A program made the position numbers and the translations under genes. From IMG/VR virus record IMGVR_UViG_3300008262_000055: a stretch of 64,000 bases of DNA, one strand, 5' to 3'. Below the pieces are notes generated by a model. It saw nothing but the letters and a program-made list of their open reading frames with translations. It did not search any database and was not told the origin of the DNA. Source of the stretch: a virus. Lineage: Duplodnaviria > Caudoviricetes. Positions 17,062 through 26,779 of the stretch are shown here, in pieces (positions within the stretch are counted from its first letter, which is position 1; each line of letters opens with the position of its first letter).

Positions 17062-17757
17062 ATGTATCAAATAATAACTGGAATGTCTAAAAAATATTAT
17101 GATCACATTGGCCAAGATATGATTAAATCATGGTTAGAATATTGGCCAACTAATTTAATCTTAACTGTATACTCTGAAGATGATTTAAGAATAGACCATC
17201 CCCGAATACAAATTGTAAGTTTATCTACAATGGATCAAACGTATCACGATTTTCAAAACCATACGTCAAAAAAGTTCAATGAACGATCAAAGACGTTCGC
17301 AAAAAAAGCCTGGCCAATAATGGAAAATTTAAAAAATGACCAGGGAAAATTAATATGGTTAGATGCTGATGTAATAACCGAAAGCGAAATAACGCTTTCG
17401 TGGTTAGATAGTTTATTAGCAAAAAACGAGTTTAGTTGCCATCTTGGAGTTCCCCAAAATGAATATTATTCCGTAGAAACAGGTTTCTTTATTATTAATT
17501 TAGAGAATAAATTTAAAAATATGTTTTTAGAAAAATATAAAACCATCTATTATACTAGAGATTTTTCAAATATGAAAAAACCTTTTGATGGCGATGTATT
17601 TGGAAGAATTATTACAGAAATGAGACCTATTGATAATTTTAAGTTTAACGATCTAAGCCCGTCATTGGATAGCTTTAGTCCGTTTAATAGAATATTCAAA
17701 GGCAAAATGAAACATTATAAAGCAAAGAAAAAAATAACATTCGTGTCAGCTGTTTAG
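17062..17757 (+). CDS. putative GT-A glycosyltransferase, paralogue of 14769..15584
   Basis: FAKKAW, IWLDAD, VETGF, DGDVFG and HYKAK. Confidence 0.7.
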   Translation: MYQIITGMSKKYYDHIGQDMIKSWLEYWPTNLILTVYSEDDLRIDHPRIQIVSLSTMDQTYHDFQNHTSKKFNERSKTFAKKAWPIMENLKNDQGKLIWLDADVITESEITLSWLDSLLAKNEFSCHLGVPQNEYYSVETGFFIINLENKFKNMFLEKYKTIYYTRDFSNMKKPFDGDVFGRIITEMRPIDNFKFNDLSPSLDSFSPFNRIFKGKMKHYKAKKKITFVSAV

Positions 17758-18698
17758 ATAAATTTTTTGATGTGACGCCATGCTTGACCTGTTAGTACAT
17801 CTTCATTATTCCAATGACTCATTGATATTCTTTCTATCCAATCTTGGCGATCTGGCATTTGCGGGTTTTCAAGCAATGATAAGGAATGATTGCTAACCTC
17901 ATATGCTTGACTTATACGAGGATTAAGATCTGTTACAAACACAGGTACACCTTCTATCGCAGCAGCGACTCCGGGAGAACTGTTATAAGTTATTACTGCG
18001 TGAGCATTTACAAAATCTTGTGTGATCAATTTATTAAAACTCACAGTATAAAGACTTGAGTTGTTATTAGAAACTACACTTTCTCTTGATCCCTTAGCAC
18101 CTGGATGTGATCGCACAACAATAGGACGATCGGAATATTTTCTAATTTCGGCAATAGTTTGATTCAACCACTGATTAACTTCTAGTCCTTTCATAGACCA
18201 TCCGCCGGGACGTTGTGTACAAATGAGAATATGATTTCCTTTTGTACGCCAGTCTTTCAATGATATACCTTGATCTCGACTTATTTGCTGCCATCTACTA
18301 GGATCGGGATTATTCCAAAAATAATTAGCCGTGGTTGGGAAAACTCCGTCAAAACTATACCTTAGATACCTATCTTTATTTTCAGGATCTGCGTAATTGA
18401 ATAAGTTACTGTCTACAACCAGTGTGCGTTTTTTATAAATTCGTTGATTTTCAATCACACGTTTTCTAACTAATAAGTGAGGTGAATTATCACTGCCTTC
18501 ATGAACCCACCCTTGGATAAATGCCACATCGGCCTGTACGATATTATTTCCTGTTTGTAAAAATCCGTCGTCACCGGCAGCTCTTACACCTTGTATAAAT
18601 CTTGAAAGGATTTCTCTCTTGTGTTGATTTTTAACGCCAGGGGGAACGCCAGAGATATATCCAACTACTGTAGTCATAGCTGTTGTACTATTTTCCAA
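17754..18698 (-). CDS. capsule-polysaccharide-biosynthesis-like (KpsS/KpsC-like, GT-B) protein
   Basis: IVVRSHP and ITYNSSPGVAAAIEGVPV. Confidence 0.6.
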   Translation of the reverse strand: MENSTTAMTTVVGYISGVPPGVKNQHKREILSRFIQGVRAAGDDGFLQTGNNIVQADVAFIQGWVHEGSDNSPHLLVRKRVIENQRIYKKRTLVVDSNLFNYADPENKDRYLRYSFDGVFPTTANYFWNNPDPSRWQQISRDQGISLKDWRTKGNHILICTQRPGGWSMKGLEVNQWLNQTIAEIRKYSDRPIVVRSHPGAKGSRESVVSNNNSSLYTVSFNKLITQDFVNAHAVITYNSSPGVAAAIEGVPVFVTDLNPRISQAYEVSNHSLSLLENPQMPDRQDWIERISMSHWNNEDVLTGQAWRHIKKFI

Positions 18699-19588
18699 AA
18701 CTCTTCAGTTGCTGATACACATTCATCTAAAGCAGACGGATGAGCTTCTGCTTTTTCGATAGCCTCAGAAATTTTTTCATTCTTTAATAGAACATAAGGT
18801 TTATGTTTTAAATGTTGAAATTTAGAACTCCACGTATCAGTTAAAATTACTTTTTTCCCCAACAGTGTTCCCCAATAAACTCCATGGTAACTGTTAGTTA
18901 CTATAATATTTGAAGAACCTAATATTTCAATTGTCTGTTCAATGTTACTGCCTGAATTTATAAATCTAGGCATTGCTATATCGCCAAACTCTCTTGTTAA
19001 TTGTTTTTTATGTTCAAACCAAATAATTTCGTTTTTAATTTCATATTTTTTTCTCAGAGCAGGATGCATACAACTAGCACAAGGTGCCCAAGAATAGTTC
19101 TGTCCGTAATCTCTAATACCAACAAGATCAAAATTGTTTAGATATTCTGGATACTCTATTGTTGATGCTTTTTTTGTAGGATCGCCATTATGTCCTGCTC
19201 CCCACACTATTTTTTTAGATGTATTTGGATCTAAACTATTAATTGTTTCGGACAAGAGATTTGAGAATTTTTCAGTAAATGTTTTATGAACGTTAGCATT
19301 TCTAATATCATTTAAAAACCATGATTTTTTTCTAAATTCTGATAAATGAGCATAATCTCCACCACCAATGATTGATAAAAATCTATCAAAATTATCATTA
19401 GAAATTAAACCACCACCACCCACTATAATTTTTGTATCAGGCGAAATTTTTACATCAGCTGGCCATTCGGATATATCTATACTATGATATTGATCTTTTT
19501 TTAAAAAATATTGAAGGGGATCTGCGGCCATATCGCCAACATTATTTTTGTCTTTTCTATGTATTACTAGGTATTTTATATTACTCAT
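18674..19588 (-). CDS. polysaccharide pyruvyltransferase-like protein
   Basis: NVGD, IVGGGGL, VGIRD and VTNSYHG. Confidence 0.7.
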   Translation of the reverse strand: MSNIKYLVIHRKDKNNVGDMAADPLQYFLKKDQYHSIDISEWPADVKISPDTKIIVGGGGLISNDNFDRFLSIIGGGDYAHLSEFRKKSWFLNDIRNANVHKTFTEKFSNLLSETINSLDPNTSKKIVWGAGHNGDPTKKASTIEYPEYLNNFDLVGIRDYGQNYSWAPCASCMHPALRKKYEIKNEIIWFEHKKQLTREFGDIAMPRFINSGSNIEQTIEILGSSNIIVTNSYHGVYWGTLLGKKVILTDTWSSKFQHLKHKPYVLLKNEKISEAIEKAEAHPSALDECVSATEEFWKIVQQL

Positions 19589-20372
19589 TTAATATTTTCC
19601 AAACTGAACCGTTTTTCATTTCCGTGAAACTAAATTGTCCATAGGCCAAATGGCATCCCCACGCAAATAATTTATCGCTGTCTGGGTAGTAGGGGTTATC
19701 TATTTGACTGAGGTCCTGAGACCCAACTGGACTAGCAGCATTGGCCGGTGCTAGTGTAAATGCTGGTATACCGTGAAATATACTTTCAACGGCTGCTACG
19801 CTATTGTATGTAACTAGAGCAAAAACATCATTGTCTAATGCTTGTTGTAGTGTATCTGTTGTTATTCTATCAGTACGCAACTTAGCACGTTCTCTAACAA
19901 CCACAGGGCGATCAGTGTATTGTTGTATAGTTTCTACAGTTTCTTTTACCCACTGGTCTTTAATTATGCCGTAAAATTTACAAGGTTTTTCATCCGGTGC
20001 TGCCACCAATATCTTTCGACCGTCTTTTTTCCAAGGTTGAAATTTTTTATTAAATTTTTCAAATCTATCTGCTGGTCTCGAAACTATCTCTCCGTGCTGT
20101 AAGTTATTTTTAACAATGCGGTGCCATAATTTCCAACCATTAGGATTAGCACGAGTTTTTTCATTTCCAAAATAGCCTGTGTCAACATAATAAAAGTCTC
20201 GCTGATCTCTCCAACAATTTTTCATTATTTTATCTTTGAGGATGCCACGCAGTACAATAGGTTCATTGCTACTTTTATAATCAAAATTGTCAGTGTTTAC
20301 TAGAGTTCCGTTAGAACCTCGACAAAATTGATTGATATATTCGTCGTGGCCGTTTTTACTTAAGAATATCAT
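19581..20372 (-). CDS. capsule-polysaccharide-biosynthesis-like (GT-B) protein, paralogue of 17754..18698
   Basis: YVDTGYF, VVVRER and VTYNSVAAVESIFHGIP. Confidence 0.6.
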   Translation of the reverse strand: MIFLSKNGHDEYINQFCRGSNGTLVNTDNFDYKSSNEPIVLRGILKDKIMKNCWRDQRDFYYVDTGYFGNEKTRANPNGWKLWHRIVKNNLQHGEIVSRPADRFEKFNKKFQPWKKDGRKILVAAPDEKPCKFYGIIKDQWVKETVETIQQYTDRPVVVRERAKLRTDRITTDTLQQALDNDVFALVTYNSVAAVESIFHGIPAFTLAPANAASPVGSQDLSQIDNPYYPDSDKLFAWGCHLAYGQFSFTEMKNGSVWKILNE

Positions 20373-21051
20373 GTTGTTGGCAATGCTCTGTTAATACACG
20401 CTCTCTATGCCATTCATTGGCAAAACTTCCCTGTGTGGCAAATTCATGAAAGCAAGGTGTGCCTAGAGTGTAATGTACCAGTTTAGCGTTGGGATTATAA
20501 TCATATTCAACATCTAACCAGTTCCATTCCTTAGGCAGTTCACCTATACGATCTTCCTCTAGCCACGAGAAGCGGTGGAGCTCGGCACCTGTAGATTGTT
20601 GGATGAACTCGGGAGTAAGTCTCCGGTTAGGAAAGCTATTACAATTCCACAGAATAACACTAGACCAATTTTTTCGAGGATAGTCTTCATTTTTTGCTCC
20701 TAAATATTTTATAGGCATTTTTGTTTTATAGTCATGCTTAACTACTTGTACATCTTTGCCGACTTCACGTAAGTCCCAAAGCTCTGCGATATCGCCACGC
20801 ACAATCATGTCGCCGTCTATGAATATAGCATGACCAGTGTAGCTCATAAGATAGGGAACAAGAAATCTAGTATAGATAAAATGATTACTACCGTCAGTAT
20901 GTGTTTCGGTATAATCTTTAAAAAGACTAAGTGCTACTGGAATAATGCTAACAGGGCGGCTGGAATTTCTTATTATGCTGTTTACACAGGTATGGTACGC
21001 TATGGCTTCTCTAGGATCGTATCCAATAAAAATAGGAATGATATCTTTCAT
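20356..21051 (-). CDS. glycosyltransferase (GT8-like, GT-A)
   Basis: IFIGYD, FIDGDMI, RKNWSSVILWNC, EWNWL and VHYTLGTP. Confidence 0.8.
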   Translation of the reverse strand: MKDIIPIFIGYDPREAIAYHTCVNSIIRNSSRPVSIIPVALSLFKDYTETHTDGSNHFIYTRFLVPYLMSYTGHAIFIDGDMIVRGDIAELWDLREVGKDVQVVKHDYKTKMPIKYLGAKNEDYPRKNWSSVILWNCNSFPNRRLTPEFIQQSTGAELHRFSWLEEDRIGELPKEWNWLDVEYDYNPNAKLVHYTLGTPCFHEFATQGSFANEWHRERVLTEHCQQHDILK

Positions 21052-21485
21052 ACACTAACCTTTGATAAAATATATCTATTATACCTAAAATTTTCTACAG
21101 AATTAAAATGAGCAGTGAGTAATTTTGATATACTATCTTCAGTAAATGCTCGTTTCCATTCTAATTTTTTTTTAACAGGAAGTGTTAATATTAAAAACAT
21201 ATTGGCAAAGTTTTTTATTTTATTAAGCACAATATCTGGATTATCTACATATTCAAGAACACCAAGTAATAATCCCACATCGTAGTTTTTAATTTTTATG
21301 TCGTCAATATCTAAATTTAAATTCATCATTGCGTTTGGAATTTTATCTATTCCGAGATATTCTTTAGGTTTATAAAAATTTAAAATTTCTTGATTGCCAC
21401 AGCCAAAGTCTACAACAGTACAGTCTATTGGTATGTGTGTCACAACAAAATTAAATCGTTCGCTCCAAGGATTCTTTGAATTCAT
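21048..21485 (-). CDS. class I SAM-dependent methyltransferase (small)
   Basis: VVDFGCG, YLGID and GVLEY. Confidence 0.75.
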   Translation of the reverse strand: MNSKNPWSERFNFVVTHIPIDCTVVDFGCGNQEILNFYKPKEYLGIDKIPNAMMNLNLDIDDIKIKNYDVGLLLGVLEYVDNPDIVLNKIKNFANMFLILTLPVKKKLEWKRAFTEDSISKLLTAHFNSVENFRYNRYILSKVSV

Positions 21486-22225
21486 TTTCGTTCTATGTCT
21501 TCTTCAATACATTGTTTGCCATATTGTATTTCTATAACCTTTAACGGGTTATCTGTAGGATTGTGTAATTGGTGCCATTCATTAGGATTAATAATTTCAG
21601 TTTTATAAGGCTTAATTGTGCTTCCACCAAATTCCCAATTGTTGCCGGCAACTCCTTCGGCAATAAACCATAATTCAGATCTATGTTTGTGGCGTTGCAT
21701 ACTTAAAGTTTTACCTGGATCTACAGTAAGTTCTTTAACTTTTACATTGTCACCTATAGTATGAAGTACTCTATAATAACCCCAAGGTCTTTCAGTCTTT
21801 GGTGCTTTCCATTCTTGTAAAATCCATCTACTAGAGTTTTGCTTGTCAAACCCGCCTACACCAAACGTAAATGTAAGATTGTCATCTTTAACGTCCATTT
21901 CTGGAATGTTAGCGTGTGTTCGATCGCCGCCGTTGGCAAATATTAAACTGGCGTCAGGATAATGTGCTCGAACCTGTTGTATAAAATGTCTAGCAGAACC
22001 ATCAGCATCATCAAATGTGTAAACTTCATCTACCATTGATAGATTGTTTATTATACATAGGCGTTCGTTCCAAGGCATAAAGGCACGCCCTTTTTTACGT
22101 TCTAGCCATTCATCGGAATTTAATCCAACGATTAACATGTCGCCAAGTGTTTTGGCTTGTTTGAAATAGGCAATATGCCCAGAGTGGATGGGGTCAAAGC
22201 CGCCTGTAACAAGTACTATTTTCAT
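21482..22225 (-). CDS. RfaE-like cytidylyltransferase fused to mannose-6-phosphate-isomerase-type cupin
   Basis: TGGFDPIHSGH (HxGH) and ANGGDR, with C-terminal RPWGYY...SMQRHKHRSELW...IEIQYG. Start ATG 22225 follows TAAATA-N5. Confidence 0.85.
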   Translation of the reverse strand: MKIVLVTGGFDPIHSGHIAYFKQAKTLGDMLIVGLNSDEWLERKKGRAFMPWNERLCIINNLSMVDEVYTFDDADGSARHFIQQVRAHYPDASLIFANGGDRTHANIPEMDVKDDNLTFTFGVGGFDKQNSSRWILQEWKAPKTERPWGYYRVLHTIGDNVKVKELTVDPGKTLSMQRHKHRSELWFIAEGVAGNNWEFGGSTIKPYKTEIINPNEWHQLHNPTDNPLKVIEIQYGKQCIEEDIERK

Positions 22226-22230
22226 GTTTC

Positions 22231-22260
22231 TATTTATTTGAATAATATGCCCACTAAATA
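22231..22260. promoter_or_regulatory. divergent late promoter motifs
   Basis: tattta at 22231-22236 (N5 to minus ATG 22225) and taaata at 22255-22260 upstream of the SD-led gene at 22286. Confidence 0.7.
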
Positions 22261-22285
22261 AACTGTGGTTTAAAGAGGAAACAAA

Positions 22286-22630
22286 ATGATTGCTGGAAAA
22301 GTATGGGGGCAAACAGAGCTCCTTGAAGCCAACGGTGTGCTAGAGTTCCACCGCATTGAAGCCCGGAAAGGCGGCGTCTGTTCGAAGCACAAACATCAAT
22401 TTAAATGGAACGGGTTTTTTGTTGAATCTGGAAAACTTATTATTCGTGTTTGGAAAAACAACTACGAGTTGATTGATGAAACTATTCTAACAGCTGGACA
22501 ATATACCAAGGTTGCCCCCGGAGAATATCATCAATTTGAAGCACTAGAAGATACAGTTGCTTTTGAATTGTACTGGGCAGAGTTTGATCATGAAGATATA
22601 GAAAGAGATTCAGTAGGATTTAAAAAATGA
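22286..22630 (+). CDS. cupin-domain protein (sugar isomerase/epimerase-like)
   Basis: KVWG, CSKHKH, FFVESG and GEYHQFEALED. Confidence 0.8.
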   Translation: MIAGKVWGQTELLEANGVLEFHRIEARKGGVCSKHKHQFKWNGFFVESGKLIIRVWKNNYELIDETILTAGQYTKVAPGEYHQFEALEDTVAFELYWAEFDHEDIERDSVGFKK

Positions 22631-23400
22631 AAATTGGAATTTTTGGATTAGGGTACGTAGGATCGGCAGTAGCACATACACACAGATATCAGAATATTAT
22701 CGCAAGAGATCCTAAATTAGGAGATCAATCAGCAACAATCAGCGATATTAAAACTTGTGATGCTGTATATATTTGTGTGCCAACACCGATGATGGAGGAT
22801 GGACATTGCGATGATTCGTATGTTAAATCTGTTCTTAGGGAGTTAGCAGGATATGAAGGTGTTATAATTTGTAAAAGCACAGTTCCGCCAGGCGTGTATT
22901 TGAGATTACAAGATCAATATCCTAACCTAGTTCATGCTCCTGAATTCCTCACAGCTGCAAACGCAACAGAGGATTATGAAACATCTATCTGGGTATTAAT
23001 AGGCGGAAATTCTAAATTTTGTGAAAAAGCAAAACATATAATTTCGTCAAGCACTGTTCAAGCTAAACACTATCACTTCACTGACATAGCATCTGCTAGT
23101 CTTTTCAAATATATGGCAAATTCATTTATGGCCACTAAGGTGACATTTATGAATGATCTATTTCACTTAGCAAAAGCTGTAGGAGTAGAGTGGAATGAAC
23201 TAAAAGAAATAGCTAAAAATGATCCTAGATTAGGAACCAGCCATTGGGATGTTCCAGGTCCTGATGGACAGTTTGGGTATGGCGGTGCTTGTTTTCCTAA
23301 AGACGTTGCTGCTATTGTTGAACATGGTCTTGATATAGGTACACCGCAAAAATTATTAGAATCTGTTAAAGAAATTAACAAATTACATAGAAACTTATAA
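22627..23400 (+). CDS. ugd: UDP-glucose/GDP-mannose 6-dehydrogenase-like, lacking C-terminal domain
   Basis: GLGYVG, CVPTP, KSTVPPG, PEFL and GYGGACFPKD. 257 aa. Confidence 0.8.
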   Translation: MKIGIFGLGYVGSAVAHTHRYQNIIARDPKLGDQSATISDIKTCDAVYICVPTPMMEDGHCDDSYVKSVLRELAGYEGVIICKSTVPPGVYLRLQDQYPNLVHAPEFLTAANATEDYETSIWVLIGGNSKFCEKAKHIISSSTVQAKHYHFTDIASASLFKYMANSFMATKVTFMNDLFHLAKAVGVEWNELKEIAKNDPRLGTSHWDVPGPDGQFGYGGACFPKDVAAIVEHGLDIGTPQKLLESVKEINKLHRNL

Positions 23401-23910
23401 TTTTTGTCCTACAAAAACGTGATCGTTCCATTTAGTTGAATCTTTTTCTGTAGATTCTCTATCTACCCAATTAGCAATAATTTTTAATTCGCATTCTTCT
23501 GCGATTGCCTTAAACGCATCGTCCATAAATCTCCAACAATCTCTTACGTCATGTCTTGGACCGGCACTAGGAGCAATAATTATAATAAATCCATTAAATT
23601 TTACTACTCGTTTTATTTCAGTTACAAGACGAAATGGATTTTTTACATGCTCTAATGTTTGCCCGCTTACAATAATATCATAATAATTGTCTTCTGAAGG
23701 TATGGTATATTCAGATGGCATAATATGAGTTACATCTTCGCCTGCTACAATATCTGCTATATGATATTCATTAGAGTGATCTATTAACAAGGATTTATAA
23801 GATCTATCTCCTTTTAATCCTCTTCCGCCAATGTCTAACACAGATAAATTTTTTTTAAGTTCTATTAAAGATAGAGCTTTTTTCATATTTTGAATAGATG
23901 AACTATGCAT
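23395..23910 (-). CDS. class I SAM-dependent methyltransferase (type 11-like)
   Basis: VLDIGG and SGQTLEHV. Confidence 0.8.
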   Translation of the reverse strand: MHSSSIQNMKKALSLIELKKNLSVLDIGGRGLKGDRSYKSLLIDHSNEYHIADIVAGEDVTHIMPSEYTIPSEDNYYDIIVSGQTLEHVKNPFRLVTEIKRVVKFNGFIIIIAPSAGPRHDVRDCWRFMDDAFKAIAEECELKIIANWVDRESTEKDSTKWNDHVFVGQKL

Positions 23911-24499
23911 ATTTTTTTATAAAATCTGTATAACTAATCAACGGCAAGTTAAACACATTATCCTTATAAAACTTCCAAGAATTTTCTATGTTAAGTTTCT
24001 TAGGCTCCTGTGGCTGTTTGAATACTACTCCGCAGCCTTCGTCTATTAACACCAATTGAAAAGTTACTTCTGTTCTAGCTGATAAATTAAAGGCTAGTTT
24101 CCAAACATCACCTAACCATGTTTTTGGAAGAGGTGTTGGGATAGGAACTACCGATTCTTCTTCTTTTCTAGGTAGCATATCGTGTATTATAATAACCCCG
24201 TTAGGGTTTAAAAATTTTAAAGAATTATCAACGTCTTTTAACACCTGTTCATAATAATGTAATCCGTCAACAAAAATTACATCAAACAATTCAGTATTCT
24301 GAGAAAAAAATTCATCGCTGGTCATTCTACGGTTGCCGCCTCTAAAAGGATCAACACCTATTTTATAATCGCAAATCACGTTATTAAAAATTTTATCTCT
24401 ATCGCAACCAATTTCTAAATATTTGTTGGCATTAGTTTTTTTAATCATTAGATTGATTAGCTCTAATCTTGATTCTTGTGTAAATGGAATATTAATCAT
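23903..24499 (-). CDS. class I SAM-dependent methyltransferase (type 24-like)
   Basis: YLEIGC, FVDGLHYYEQV and IIIHD. Confidence 0.8.
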   Translation of the reverse strand: MINIPFTQESRLELINLMIKKTNANKYLEIGCDRDKIFNNVICDYKIGVDPFRGGNRRMTSDEFFSQNTELFDVIFVDGLHYYEQVLKDVDNSLKFLNPNGVIIIHDMLPRKEEESVVPIPTPLPKTWLGDVWKLAFNLSARTEVTFQLVLIDEGCGVVFKQPQEPKKLNIENSWKFYKDNVFNLPLISYTDFIKKYA

Positions 24500-25392
24500 A
24501 GATTTTCTTTAACATAATCCTCTAATGTTTTAGAAGGTTGCCAGTCAAACACAGTTTTAAGTTTTGTATTGTCTGCTAACGTAATATATGCTTCGCCCAT
24601 TCGAGGAGCAATCATTTTTGTATTGTTAGATATCATTTCCGCTAATTCTAAAACAGAATGATTAGTACCAGTACCAACATTAAAAACTTCTCCGTAATGA
24701 TTATGATCCTCTTTGCTCATGGCTAAGATATTTGCTTCAACAACATCATCTACGTGAGTAAAATCTCTACGTTGTGTGCCGTCGGGAACAATAGTTAATG
24801 CTTCATTGGCTTTAAACTGTCTAAGAAATAACCCAACTACAGGAGCATATGGACCTCTTAGGGGTTCTCTTTCGCCGTAGACATTGAAGTATCTAAAAAT
24901 TACTGTTTTAAGTCCGAATAATCGAGTGTACATAGTACAGAGCTTTTCACCAGAAACCTTAGATACTGAATATGGATTAAGGCAGTCGTCTGGCATGTCT
25001 TCTCGCAATGGAGGTTCATTTTTTAAACCGTAGCCCGATGATGTAGAACTATACATTACTTTATTAACACCTGCTTCTCTAGCACATTGTAGCACAGTGC
25101 CTGTTCCTAGTGTATTTGTTTTAATAGCACCTAGGGGATTTAAAATAGTAGGTTGAATCCTTGATTCGGCCGCACAGTGAAATACATAATCAACACCATC
25201 ATATAACTTTCTAGTGTTTTCGTAATCTACAATATCAAGTTTATGATAAGTTGCTTTATCATTATAATAGAAGTTGTCATGTACTTGCGATGTTTCGTTA
25301 TCTATTACAACAACATCATGTCCTAAATTTATTAACTTATCTACAATATGAGAACCAATAAACCCTGCTCCGCCCGTCACTAATGATTTCAT
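24496..25392 (-). CDS. NAD-dependent nucleotide-sugar epimerase/dehydratase
   Basis: TGGAGFIG, YSSTSS, YSVSK (YxxxK), RYFNVYG and RDFTHV. Confidence 0.92.
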   Translation of the reverse strand: MKSLVTGGAGFIGSHIVDKLINLGHDVVVIDNETSQVHDNFYYNDKATYHKLDIVDYENTRKLYDGVDYVFHCAAESRIQPTILNPLGAIKTNTLGTGTVLQCAREAGVNKVMYSSTSSGYGLKNEPPLREDMPDDCLNPYSVSKVSGEKLCTMYTRLFGLKTVIFRYFNVYGEREPLRGPYAPVVGLFLRQFKANEALTIVPDGTQRRDFTHVDDVVEANILAMSKEDHNHYGEVFNVGTGTNHSVLELAEMISNNTKMIAPRMGEAYITLADNTKLKTVFDWQPSKTLEDYVKENL

Positions 25393-25458
25393 TCAAAAAT
25401 CCTTTAAAATTAACTGAGTATTTATCTAGTGATAAGTATAGTTTTAAAGTTTAAACTT

Positions 25459-26091
25459 ATGAAGAAAATTATATTTCAAATTAACGTTCCTAATCACATT
25501 CAAACTAACAAAGTCACAGCATATACTTTTATGTCAGATATGTATGATATCAGCGAAAGAAATGCTAGAAGGTATGCCGAACGCTGCGGAGCTGAGTATT
25601 ATAAATTAACCAATGCTAATGATTTTAAACCTGCTGCTGGCAAACACCTTGATTACCAAAAATTAAAAGCCTATGATTTTGTAGGCTACGATTCTGTAAT
25701 TTATTTTGATTCGGATTATATTATTAAAGACAATGCTCCTGATTTATTCCAGCTATGCGGAAATAAATTTTCAGCAGTTATGGATCCTGGTAAATCAGTT
25801 CCTGAGCTAGCCGCTAATTTAGGAATACCCAGAGAAAGATATTTTAACGCAGGATTTATGTATCTAACTAAAGAAGTATTAGATAAGACTAGAAAATTCC
25901 TACCTGAGTATTTAGAAAAAGAATACGAATTTCAAGGGCAGGGAATTTTAAATAGATTATTCTATGACAAAGGAATAGATTTTTACAGATTAGATTCTTA
26001 CGAATGGAATCCTGTAAAGAAAACATTTGGTCGTTATGCCGACCATTACTCTGGTTTTAAGAAAAAGAAATGGGGTGAAGTAACTTATTAA
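25459..26091 (+). CDS. glycosyltransferase family 8-like
   Basis: IYFDSD, YFNAG, QGILN, WN and HYSG. Confidence 0.75.
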   Translation: MKKIIFQINVPNHIQTNKVTAYTFMSDMYDISERNARRYAERCGAEYYKLTNANDFKPAAGKHLDYQKLKAYDFVGYDSVIYFDSDYIIKDNAPDLFQLCGNKFSAVMDPGKSVPELAANLGIPRERYFNAGFMYLTKEVLDKTRKFLPEYLEKEYEFQGQGILNRLFYDKGIDFYRLDSYEWNPVKKTFGRYADHYSGFKKKKWGEVTY

Positions 26092-26543
26092 AGTGTAGCG
26101 TCTTCCATGCCTGCTACACGTAATTTAACTATATTAGTTAATTGCCATTGTTTCTGATCCAACGACTTAATAATACCTAGCCATTTGTTGCGTAATAGAG
26201 CAAACTCGTTGATAATTTTTTCAAAGTCTACAACATCAGCTTCGCCATCTACAAACTTTTCGCAATCTCTAGAACTTAGACTACGCTGATAGTTTTCAAG
26301 ATACTTACGGAAGTGCTGACTTTTAAGCCTTCTTAATTCAATATTAAGGTATTCAAGAATCGCTTCAATCTCTTGAAGTTGATTAAAGCGATTCTCAACT
26401 ATACCTGGCATATTAGCTGATACCTTTTCAATGTTACCAAAAATTTTACATTCAAGTTTTGCAGCCTGTAGCTCATTTTCGTAGTACTGAGCTGCGTCAG
26501 GAATATAAGAAATATCTTTACTAACTTTGTCGTACCAACTCAC
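26088..26543 (-). CDS. uvsY: putative recombination mediator UvsY
   Basis: Helical 151-aa protein in the uvsX operon. The C-terminus IIKSLDQKQWQLTNIVKLRVAG is UvsY-like. Confidence 0.55.
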   Translation of the reverse strand: MSWYDKVSKDISYIPDAAQYYENELQAAKLECKIFGNIEKVSANMPGIVENRFNQLQEIEAILEYLNIELRRLKSQHFRKYLENYQRSLSSRDCEKFVDGEADVVDFEKIINEFALLRNKWLGIIKSLDQKQWQLTNIVKLRVAGMEDATL

Positions 26544-26779
26544 TCATCGTCCTCGTTACTTTCATATTCCTCGTACTCTGCTTCATCTTCAGAATCTAAA
26601 GAATATTCAATGGCTTCATCTAGATGGGGATCAATACCTAACATACTGCTCAGTACTGATTCCTTGATGCCGTAGTCCAGAAGGACATTTACAAAATCAA
26701 ATGCTACATCCTTTTTCTGTTTCTCTGGGATGTGTTCGCTCATCACGTGCCAAAGGTCGGCAATCATATCTTCTTTCAT
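26540..26779 (-). CDS. small acidic hypothetical protein
   Basis: 79-aa ORF coupled to both neighbours by overlaps. Confidence 0.75.
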   Translation of the reverse strand: MKEDMIADLWHVMSEHIPEKQKKDVAFDFVNVLLDYGIKESVLSSMLGIDPHLDEAIEYSLDSEDEAEYEEYESNEDDE

